Origin: a virus
Taxonomy: Duplodnaviria; Caudoviricetes
DNA length: 41,062 nt
Direction: 5' to 3' (one strand)
Virus record (IMG/VR): IMGVR_UViG_3300031938_000010
Span: 1-41,062 of that record
In this document: piece by piece, positions 16,657 to 24,495 of the stretch
Numbering within the stretch: position 1 is the first letter of the stretch
Layout: every line of letters begins with the position of its first letter
Translations under genes and position numbers: made by a program
Notes under the pieces: generated by a model
Seen by the model: the letters and a program-made list of their open reading frames with translations, nothing else
The model's database searches: none
Told to the model about the DNA's origin: nothing

Positions 16657-17923
16657 GGTACGCCTTCGCGATCGCCACCGCGAAGGCCTGCTCGGCGCGC
16701 TGCGCGTAGGCCGGGACGCCCGTCTGCTTCGCGAGCCACCAGTACGCCGGCGTGATCAGCAGCGACACGTCGGGCGCCGCCGTCTGGCTGCCCGTGCCGG
16801 GGCAGTCCACCGACATGTAGTTCCAGCTTCCGTCCGCGCGCCACTGCGTGTCGAGGAAGCCGATCGCGGCGCGCACCGCCGGCAGCGTCCGCGGGTCGGG
16901 GAGCTCGCTGTCGCTCGCGATCAGCTCGGAGTTCATGAGCCCCCCCATGAACGACGCCTCGCCCTGGCAGAACGGCTTGGCGGGGAACGACCCGTCCGGC
17001 TGCTGCCACGCGAAGATCGCGGTGCGGAGCGTGTCCACGCGGGCAGCGTAGACGCGCATCGCCGCGCTGTCGCCCTTCTCGCGTGCGAGCTGGTGACACA
17101 GCCGCTGCGCCTGCAGCGTGCGCGAGGCGATGCGCGGCTCGCCGGAGCCCTGCCCGGTCCACCACGCGTGCTGGTACTGGTAGTCGGCGCGGTAGAGCAC
17201 ATCGGCCGTCCCGCAGACGGCCTTCGCGCTCATCGTGTCGCCGGTCAGGTGATAGTGCTCGACGAGGCCGCGCAGGAGCGACCACTGCGGCACGGCGCCG
17301 TAGTGGTTCGGCTCGAGGTAGCGCGTGCGGTAGTCGACGACGATCGTGTCGGCCCGTCGGCGGAACTCGGCGCGCTGCGCCGCGGTGAACTCGGGGCGCT
17401 GCGCCGCCTGGTAGTAGCTGAACGCGCCGTCGTAATAGTCGCTGAGCAGGTAGTTCACGCCGTCGCGGTTCCACGCGACGTCCGCGTACTTCGCGAAGTT
17501 CGCGACGTAGCGCGTCAGCGACGAGTCGTTCGGCGTAGGGGCGGGCGTAGGGGCGGGCGCCGGCGGCGGCGCGGGCGTCGGCGTGGAATCCACCACGGGC
17601 GACGGGACGGGCTGGGGCGCCGGCCCCGAAGCGATCGGCACCATCACCCGCACGGTGTCGGTGAGGCGCAGCGTGTCGACGTGCACGAGCGTCGCCCACA
17701 CCGTGTCGACGTGGACGCTGCGCACCGTGTCCGTGCGGAAGAGGGTCAGCGTGTCGAGCCGCGTGACGATCGTCGTGTCACGCCGAACGACCGTGTCGGG
17801 CTTCACGTGGAAGAGCTGCGCGAGGTCGCCCCAGGTGACGGCGACGGACGGCGCGGGCTGCGCGTGCAGTGGGGCGGCGACGAGCAGGAGGAGGACGAGC
17901 AGGGGACGCAGGAGACGGCGCAT
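16586..17923 (-). CDS. Secreted protein: signal peptide, DT-rich repeats, Pro linker, probable alpha/alpha-barrel domain
   Basis: MRRLLRPLLVLLLLVAAPLHA-Q; repeated DTV/DTL; PTPAP linker; helical repeats (LVEHYHLTGD, WQQPDGSF, WLAKQTG). Confidence 0.75.
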   Translation of the reverse strand: MRRLLRPLLVLLLLVAAPLHAQPAPSVAVTWGDLAQLFHVKPDTVVRRDTTIVTRLDTLTLFRTDTVRSVHVDTVWATLVHVDTLRLTDTVRVMVPIASGPAPQPVPSPVVDSTPTPAPPPAPAPTPAPTPNDSSLTRYVANFAKYADVAWNRDGVNYLLSDYYDGAFSYYQAAQRPEFTAAQRAEFRRRADTIVVDYRTRYLEPNHYGAVPQWSLLRGLVEHYHLTGDTMSAKAVCGTADVLYRADYQYQHAWWTGQGSGEPRIASRTLQAQRLCHQLAREKGDSAAMRVYAARVDTLRTAIFAWQQPDGSFPAKPFCQGEASFMGGLMNSELIASDSELPDPRTLPAVRAAIGFLDTQWRADGSWNYMSVDCPGTGSQTAAPDVSLLITPAYWWLAKQTGVPAYAQRAEQAFAVAIAKAYLTGYKQFVENYADTWSALRLGWR

Positions 17924-17991
17924 CGGAGGGGAACGACGGAGGGGGGGAAGGGGAGCGCAATTCGTGCCGAATCGCGCCTATAACACATGCG

Positions 17992-18258
17992 TTATGTCTG
18001 ACAGTGGAAGCCGAGCGGGGCGCGGTCGCCGACGTCGGCGTGCTCGGCGTACTCGATCGAGCCGCCGCCGACCTCGGTCACCTGCGACCGGAGCGACGCG
18101 TGCGCGCGCCGCGCGCGCTCGTGCACGGCCACGAGGTGCGCGATCGTCGCGTCGGCCGCGTCGGGCGGGGTGTCGGCGGAGAGCTCGAGCAGCGCGTCGC
18201 CGACGCGCACGTGGATGGTCGCCGGGAGGGCCGCGGCGCCGGTCGGCTTACGCGGCAT
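17992..18258 (-). CDS. Hypothetical protein (88 aa)
   Basis: GGAGG RBS before ATG 18258. Confidence 0.6.
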   Translation of the reverse strand: MPRKPTGAAALPATIHVRVGDALLELSADTPPDAADATIAHLVAVHERARRAHASLRSQVTEVGGGSIEYAEHADVGDRAPLGFHCQT

Positions 18259-18517
18259 CGTCGACCTCCGCCGCGACGGCGGGCGCCTCGAGCGGCGGCG
18301 GGTTCCACGGCCGCCGAGACGGGCCGAGCTCCGCCGGGCGGCCGCTGAGCGCGACCGCGTGCGCGTGCCGGCACGCGTCGCACGCGAGGGCCGCCGCGAG
18401 TGGGTCGGTGCGCGCGACGCTCGGCGCCTCGACGCTCCCGAAGTCGCGCAGCCCACCCGTGTCGTCGTGACACGCGCAGTCACAGGTCAAGGACTCGGCG
18501 TTATTTTCGTTAGGCAT
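18248..18517 (-). CDS. Cys-rich hypothetical protein, possibly the 3' part of a gene split by the HNH
   Basis: TCDCACH...CDAC; start MPN lies inside a GCCTAAC repeat. Confidence 0.5.
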   Translation of the reverse strand: MPNENNAESLTCDCACHDDTGGLRDFGSVEAPSVARTDPLAAALACDACRHAHAVALSGRPAELGPSRRPWNPPPLEAPAVAAEVDDAA

Positions 18518-18557
18518 CTGCGGCATCGTCTCGGGCCTCCACTGCGGCAGGCGGAGC

Positions 18558-19013
18558 ATGTTCAGCGAGAAGGACATCGCGCGCTTCTGGACGCGCGTAC
18601 GTCAGGGCGAAGGTTGCTGGGAGTGGCAGGGCACGGTGCACAGCGCCGGGTACGGCGTGCTGCGCGGCCCGAACGGGAAGCAGTGGAAGGCGCACCGCGC
18701 CGCCTTCTTCCTCACGCATGGCACGCTGCCCGGCCCTGGGCGCTACGTGTGCCATCGCTGCGACAACCGGCTCTGTGTCCGTCCGGATCACCTCTACGAC
18801 GGGGACGCGGTCGACAACAACCGTGACACCGTGGAGCGCCACAGGCGCGCGCCTGCGCCGACGCACTGCCGGAACGGTCACGAGTTCACGCCGGAGAACA
18901 CGCTGCCGGCGTTCAAGTCGGCCGGCGTGGTCTGGGGCCGACGCTGCCGCGTCTGTACGTACCGCACCAACAACGCGTCGTACGCGCGGCGGCACTCGAC
19001 GGAGAGTCGTTAG
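18558..19013 (+). CDS. HNH homing endonuclease, antisense to its neighbours
   Basis: RFW...CWEWQG...GYG...KAHR...VCHRCDNRLCVRPDHL...THCRNGH...CRVC. Confidence 0.9.
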   Translation: MFSEKDIARFWTRVRQGEGCWEWQGTVHSAGYGVLRGPNGKQWKAHRAAFFLTHGTLPGPGRYVCHRCDNRLCVRPDHLYDGDAVDNNRDTVERHRRAPAPTHCRNGHEFTPENTLPAFKSAGVVWGRRCRVCTYRTNNASYARRHSTESR

Positions 19014-19067
19014 GCAGCGCGTGGCGGTCACGAAGTACGGCATCGGCGTCTCCATGCGCTCCATGGC

Positions 19068-22000
19068 TCACCGCCCCACGCGCCGCGCCGCGATCGCGGC
19101 GCCGAGCATCCCGTTGATCGCCGCCGCGCGGCTGTGTCGCGTGCCCGGCGCCGCCGCGACGGTGATCGTCGCCGTGCCGTGCTGCGTCGGGTCCTGCACG
19201 CTCGTCGCGGTGATCGTCGCGAGCCCCGGGCCCACGGCGGTCACCAGCCCCGCGCCGTCGACCGTCGCGACGCCGGGCGCGCTCGAGCTCCACGTCACCG
19301 CCTGCGACGGGCTGCCGGTGCCGGTCACCGTCGCCGCCAGCGGCTGGGTCCCGGCGATCGCGAGGGCGGACGACGCCGGCGTCACGCTCACGCCGGTCAC
19401 GCCGCCCCCCGTGCTCACCCACGCGAGCGCGCCGATCTGGTTGCCCGCGACGTTCGCCGGGTTGACCGCGGCCGCCGTCGGCGCCAGGCCCCACTGGATG
19501 TGGGCCTCGAGCGCGTCGAGCAGGTGCGTGTACGTCACGCCGTCGGCGGCGACGTAGTTCCGCCAGAACCAGCGCGCATAGTTCCGCCCGCTCGCCGGGT
19601 CGACCGCGTGCTCCACGAGGAACGCCATCGCCTCGCGCACGTCCTCGACGCAAATCGTGTCGTTGCGGGCCGTGCCGTCCGAGACCGTCGCCCCGGAGGG
19701 CCGCGTGGCGCCCACGGCGTAGCCGCTCGCGCGGGCGGCGCGCTTCTCGGTCCAGTAGAACGTGATGAGGTTCCGCCACGGCGCGCGGAAGCCGGGGTCG
19801 ACGTTGATGAGCGAGTGCGCGTCCGAGTTCGCGTCGCTGAACGCGGCCTGCAGCATGTTCATGCCCTTCGCGCCGGCCGTGTTCGTGCTCGTGTTGCCGA
19901 TCGCGCCGGCGACCGAGATGCCGGCGCCGTAGTTCACGTTCCAGCCGAGGTTCCAGTCGGAGAGCGTCACCGTCGGCGACGTCACGCCGCTGCCGGCGCC
20001 GAAGTCCGAGATGAGGCGCGTCTTGATCGTCCCCGGCACGCCGCCGCCCGGCGGCCCCCACACGACGTTCTTCGTGAACGTGTCCACCATGCCGGGCGAG
20101 TAGCCCGTCTCGTTCACGTGGAAGCCCTGCGGCTCGCCGTTCGGCCCGCGGTAGATCGTGTTGTTGTTCCACGCCCACCGCAGAATCGTCGACGCCTGGA
20201 ACCCGCCCGCCGTCTGCGCGCGCGAGCCTTGGATGTCCCCCACCGACCGGTCCTGGTCGATGTTGTCGGGGAGCATGATGTTGAACTCACTGCGCCAGCC
20301 CGCCGACGCGCCGGTGGGGCTCGCGTTGTAGCAGTGCCAGTCGCCGGTGCCCGTGCCGCAGCACGCCGAGTCGGTGATCGTGTGGTCGAACGACTGCGCG
20401 GTGAGCCCCGCGTTCCAGCTGATGCCGTGCGTGTTCGTGAGCGCCTTCGCGAGCGTGGCGGCCTGCCGGTTGGGCGCGCCGGTCGGCGTCTCGTCGGTGC
20501 CGTCGACGTAGCTGTACCAGCGCTGTTTGTTGCCGGGCCAGACGCAGTTCGGCGCGCGCGTGTAGCGCACGAACGCGCGCGACGTCGCGAGCACCGGCGG
20601 CGAGCCCGTGATCGTCGGGATGTAGTTGTGCGTGAAGACCGGGTCGGTCGTCGTGCCGTACGTCGCGCCGTTCGGGTTCTGCGTGATCGGGCTCCAGCTG
20701 TTCCGGTGGATCGACCCCTTCGTCGTCTGCGCGCCCGACGTCGGCGCGCTGCCGCCGAGGAACGCCCACGGCGCGTCGGCGCCGAACAGAAACTCGTTCG
20801 TGTCGTCGATCTGGATGTCGCTGTTGCCGATCGCCGAGAGGTTCGGCGCGCCCGACGTCGTGACGAGGCCCGCGCGGCCCGAGCGCGTGACGAGCGTGCG
20901 CGTCGTGCTCGCCTCGATGCCGGCGGAGAACTCGCCGACCGAGAGGCCGCGCACGATGCGCGCGGGGCCCGGCCACTGGTTGAGCGAGAGGAGCGCCTGG
21001 ACGCAGTCGACCGTGGTGTTGCTCGATCCCGGCGTCACGCTCGTCCGCGGGCTGCCGTTCGCCGTCGGGACGTAGCGCGCGAAGCTGTGGAGCGCGGGGT
21101 CCGCGTCCGCCGTGCGCAGGTAGAGGAGCAGGTAGGCCGCGCCCGCCGGCACCGTGTCGGGGCACGTGACGCGCGGGATGTTGCCGGCGGCGATCGTGAA
21201 GAACGCGCTCCACGGCGAGAGCGCGGACTCGTCGCCGTTGGGGTACTGCCACGCGTACGCGACCGCGTACGTCACGGTGCAACTGTTCGCGGCGGTGGCG
21301 GCGAGCGACCCGCCCGTGGCGCCGCCGCCCGCGACGGCGACCGTGGGCGCGCCCGTCGGCGCGACGGCGGCGCCCTGCGACGTCGTCTTGTGCAGCGGCT
21401 GGTCCGCGCAGTTCGACAGCGCGGCGTCCTTCAGGCGGTGGCGGCCGGTCGACGTGCTGCTGAACTGCATCGCCGTCTGGCGCCACGTGCCCTGCAGGTT
21501 CGCCGTGATGAAGGGCCGCGTGCCGGCGCTCGTGTTGAGCGTCCCGTCCTGCACGCCGATCAGCGCGAGGCCGTGCGCGACGCCCGTGCGGAGACCCGCC
21601 GACAGATAGAACCCGTACGGCGTCTCGCTCCCCCAGACCGTGGTGCTGTAGTCGAACGTGATGCCGCGGCCGTCGTTGCCGACCACCTGGATCTGCGAGA
21701 CCCGGGCGTCGGCCGCGGTGCCGCTCGTGCCGTTGACCGAGTTCGCGTTCGCCGTCGTCATGCCCGTCGTCGCCGCGTGCACGACGTCGCCGCGCAGGAG
21801 GAACGGGAGCCCGCTCACCGCGCCGGCCGCGAGCACGCCGTTGGCGTGCGTGAAGCGGATCGCGCCGTTCGGCGGCGTCGCGTTCCCGGCGTTGTACGCG
21901 GCGGTGAAGTCGACGAAGGTCGTGCCCGGCGTGATGCCGCTCGCGACGAGCCGGAGGTTCGCGGCCTGGTTCGTCGTCCCGTCGGTGAGGTAGACGTTGA

Positions 22001-22406
22001 TCGACGCGATGCCGGGGTGGATCGCGTTCCAGAAGCCGGCGGGGAACGTCCAGCGCGGCGGCGCGGCGCCGTTGGTCGCGCTGAAGCTGGCGAGCGACAG
22101 CACGGACTCGATCGACTCGAGGCCGTTCGTGTCGACGACGGTGTACGCGAAGAAGTACGACGCCGTCGCGAGCGCCGTGGTGCCGCTGGGCGCGGTGGCG
22201 ACGTCGGTGTTGACCGGGCGCACGGTCGGCTGCGCGGGGCGGCCCGCGCCGATGGGGACGCCGTTCGGGTCGAACGCGACGCCGTTGGCGCAGAGCACTT
22301 CGTCGCCGGCCGCGAGGGCGGTGTCGCCGTCCCAGTACGGCAGGGTGCCGGACGCGACGCCCGTGGTCGGGGCGCCGGTGCCGGTGAGGGTGCGAACGCG
22401 AGACAT
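19068..22406 (-). CDS. Large T/G/A/N-rich virion or adhesin-like protein with C-terminal Big_2 domain
   Basis: 1112 aa, beta-rich; VTWSSSAPGVATVDGAGLVTAVGPGLATITATS; GGAGG RBS. Confidence 0.8.
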   Translation of the reverse strand: MSRVRTLTGTGAPTTGVASGTLPYWDGDTALAAGDEVLCANGVAFDPNGVPIGAGRPAQPTVRPVNTDVATAPSGTTALATASYFFAYTVVDTNGLESIESVLSLASFSATNGAAPPRWTFPAGFWNAIHPGIASINVYLTDGTTNQAANLRLVASGITPGTTFVDFTAAYNAGNATPPNGAIRFTHANGVLAAGAVSGLPFLLRGDVVHAATTGMTTANANSVNGTSGTAADARVSQIQVVGNDGRGITFDYSTTVWGSETPYGFYLSAGLRTGVAHGLALIGVQDGTLNTSAGTRPFITANLQGTWRQTAMQFSSTSTGRHRLKDAALSNCADQPLHKTTSQGAAVAPTGAPTVAVAGGGATGGSLAATAANSCTVTYAVAYAWQYPNGDESALSPWSAFFTIAAGNIPRVTCPDTVPAGAAYLLLYLRTADADPALHSFARYVPTANGSPRTSVTPGSSNTTVDCVQALLSLNQWPGPARIVRGLSVGEFSAGIEASTTRTLVTRSGRAGLVTTSGAPNLSAIGNSDIQIDDTNEFLFGADAPWAFLGGSAPTSGAQTTKGSIHRNSWSPITQNPNGATYGTTTDPVFTHNYIPTITGSPPVLATSRAFVRYTRAPNCVWPGNKQRWYSYVDGTDETPTGAPNRQAATLAKALTNTHGISWNAGLTAQSFDHTITDSACCGTGTGDWHCYNASPTGASAGWRSEFNIMLPDNIDQDRSVGDIQGSRAQTAGGFQASTILRWAWNNNTIYRGPNGEPQGFHVNETGYSPGMVDTFTKNVVWGPPGGGVPGTIKTRLISDFGAGSGVTSPTVTLSDWNLGWNVNYGAGISVAGAIGNTSTNTAGAKGMNMLQAAFSDANSDAHSLINVDPGFRAPWRNLITFYWTEKRAARASGYAVGATRPSGATVSDGTARNDTICVEDVREAMAFLVEHAVDPASGRNYARWFWRNYVAADGVTYTHLLDALEAHIQWGLAPTAAAVNPANVAGNQIGALAWVSTGGGVTGVSVTPASSALAIAGTQPLAATVTGTGSPSQAVTWSSSAPGVATVDGAGLVTAVGPGLATITATSVQDPTQHGTATITVAAAPGTRHSRAAAINGMLGAAIAARRVGR

Positions 22407-22421
22407 GCGGGCGGCCTCCCG

Positions 22422-22946
22422 TTAGGCCGCGGCCGCGACCGGCGCGGGCGCGACGAGCCGGTCGCACGCGCGCGGCAGCCGCACCCCGCGCACCTGGTAG
22501 GCGTCGAGCGGGAACTGCGACACTTTCACCGCGTCGTGCTGGTTGCCGCCGAGCACCTCGACGTACGTCCGCGACGTCGAGAGCAGGAAGCCCACGTGGT
22601 TCCCAGTCGCCGAGCCGGTCGCGACGTCCGACGTCGCGCCCTTGCGGCGCAGCACGACGATCGCGCCGCGCGCGGCGTCGTACGCCGGCATGCCGTACTG
22701 CAGCCAGCTCGCGGCGAGCGCGCTCCGCGTGCGCTGGTAGCCCGCCTCGCGCATCGCCCAGTTCACGAAGCACGAGCACCAGGGGATCTCGTCGTGGTCG
22801 ACGCGCAGGTCGACGGCGGTGCCATACTCGAGGATCCGCGGGTTGTCCTGGGCGCCGGGGATCTCGTGCTGGCCGAGCTCCCGCGCGGCGACCTGGAGCC
22901 ACGCGGGATCGTTGGGGTGGACGATGGGCGACGACGTCGGCGACAT
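22422..22946 (-). CDS. TIGR02594-family NlpC/P60-like peptidoglycan peptidase (endolysin)
   Basis: PAWLQVAARELGQHEIPG...DEIPWCSCFVNW...GNHVGF...LGGNQ. Confidence 0.85.
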   Translation of the reverse strand: MSPTSSPIVHPNDPAWLQVAARELGQHEIPGAQDNPRILEYGTAVDLRVDHDEIPWCSCFVNWAMREAGYQRTRSALAASWLQYGMPAYDAARGAIVVLRRKGATSDVATGSATGNHVGFLLSTSRTYVEVLGGNQHDAVKVSQFPLDAYQVRGVRLPRACDRLVAPAPVAAAA

Positions 22947-23416
22947 CAGCGGGGATCCTCGGCAGGGGAGAGAGCGGGGGTGCCGAACGGGGTGCCTAAC
23001 GGAGTGCCGAACGACGCGGACGCGCGCCACGCGCTCGCGCCGCCGACGCGCACGCCGAGGTAGGCCAGGCGCGCGCGCCACGGCGCGACGCCCTGGCGCA
23101 GCATCAGGTCGTAGAACAGGCGGTCGGCCTCGGCGCGCGTGTACGCGCGCGCGGGCGCGACGTCGACCACGCCGCCGTGGCGATAGAGCTCGTCGTGCAC
23201 CGCCGGCGGCAGCGTGCCGCCGTCCAGGCGGTCGAACAGCAGCCACGCGGCGCGCGGCGACGACGCGAAGTCCGTCACGCGGCCGGCGGGGATCGTGAGG
23301 ACGCAGGCGTGCCGCTCGTCCGGCACGCGCACCGTCTCGAGCAGCTCGTAGTCGGTGCCGTCGACCTCGCGGAACGCCGGCTCGGGCAGCGGCGGGCGGG
23401 ACGTCTCGGGCGTCAC
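22946..23416 (-). CDS. DUF1353 family protein
   Basis: IPAGRVTDFASSPR...AVHDELY...RAEADRLF...AYLGVRVGG. Confidence 0.85.
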   Translation of the reverse strand: MTPETSRPPLPEPAFREVDGTDYELLETVRVPDERHACVLTIPAGRVTDFASSPRAAWLLFDRLDGGTLPPAVHDELYRHGGVVDVAPARAYTRAEADRLFYDLMLRQGVAPWRARLAYLGVRVGGASAWRASASFGTPLGTPFGTPALSPAEDPR

Positions 23417-24027
23417 GGCGCGGCCTCCGGCGTCGCCGCGGCGGCGACGAGCGGGTGCGCGAGCGCGGCCGGCATCGCGACGGGAACGGCGGTGATGGCG
23501 GGCCCGCCGGCGGGGGCGCGCGAGGGCGCCACCGGCAGGCGCCACTCGCCGGCGCCGTCGTCGAGCAGCGTGCGGCAGGGCAGGCGGCCGAGCTGGCGCT
23601 GCGCCGTGGTCTGCCCGGCGCAGATGCCGCGCGCCAGGTCCGCGGTGCGCGTCTCGAGCGCGACGCGGAGCTCGCGGACCCCGTCGCGCAGCTCCGCGCG
23701 CTCGCGGTCCTGCGCCGTGTCGTGCGTCGCGAGCGCCGCGATCGCGGCCGACGAGACCGCGCTCGGCGCCGACGGCAGCGCGCACGCGCGCAGGCTCGCG
23801 ATCGTCGTGCCGGGCACGAGCAGCGCGAGGACCGCGGTCGGGTGTCGAAGGCCGCGCAGCGCCCAGCGCAGGACGGCGCCGAGCCAGCGCAGCACGATCC
23901 GCTGCTGCGCGGGCGTGAGCACCTCGTCGTCGCCTAACGGAGCGCCTAACGGACCGCCGAACGGACCGCCGAACGGCGGCGCGGGCGTCGGGGGGAGATC
24001 GGGGGTGGGATCGGCGGCGGGAGACAT
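23413..24027 (-). CDS. Membrane protein with coiled-coil (holin/spanin-like position)
   Basis: Hydrophobic segments then coiled-coil; upstream of the endolysin. Confidence 0.55.
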   Translation of the reverse strand: MSPAADPTPDLPPTPAPPFGGPFGGPLGAPLGDDEVLTPAQQRIVLRWLGAVLRWALRGLRHPTAVLALLVPGTTIASLRACALPSAPSAVSSAAIAALATHDTAQDRERAELRDGVRELRVALETRTADLARGICAGQTTAQRQLGRLPCRTLLDDGAGEWRLPVAPSRAPAGGPAITAVPVAMPAALAHPLVAAAATPEAAP

Positions 24028-24097
24028 CGGCGGGACCGGCGGGACATCGAGGAGGGAACGGCGGGAGGGGACGTGCGGAGGACTTCGTTCGGCGCCG

Positions 24098-24475
24098 TTA
24101 GGCGATGCCGCCGGCGGCGGCGACGGCGGCCGCGGCGGCCGCCGCGGCGAGCGCGCTGGACGAGCCGGACGTCAGGGCGTCGACGGCCGCCGCCACGACG
24201 GCGAGCAGGTCGTCGTCGCTCAGCGCCTCGCCGCTCTGCGCGTAGGCGTCCGACGCGAGCACGCGCCAGCGCACGCGCGGCTCGTCGCGGCCCGGGTCGA
24301 CCGAGGCGACGGCCGCCCAGCTCTTGCGCGCGGCGCTGTTCGCCGGCCCGCCGTTCGCGGCGTCCGCCTCGGCCTGGACGTCGAGCGCGACGGAGAAGAG
24401 CGCGGCGATGACGCGCTGCCGGAGCGCGGCGCTCGCGCCGGACCAGGCGTTGAAGTTGTCGGTGAGCGTGGGCAT
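24098..24475 (-). CDS. Small tail-associated hypothetical protein
   Basis: Follows the tail-tip gene; helical; Ala-rich end, GCC TAA stop. Confidence 0.65.
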   Translation of the reverse strand: MPTLTDNFNAWSGASAALRQRVIAALFSVALDVQAEADAANGGPANSAARKSWAAVASVDPGRDEPRVRWRVLASDAYAQSGEALSDDDLLAVVAAAVDALTSGSSSALAAAAAAAAVAAAGGIA

Positions 24476-24495
24476 GGGCGGAGACTCAGCGGGCG

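Noticed and set aside
19134-23063. Very long alternative-frame ORFs (e.g. 19134-23063 +, 20287-22902 -, 10757-12862 +, 23177-25012 +)
   Set aside because: Arg/Ala/Gly-rich shadow frames expected at this GC content, overlapping better-supported genes
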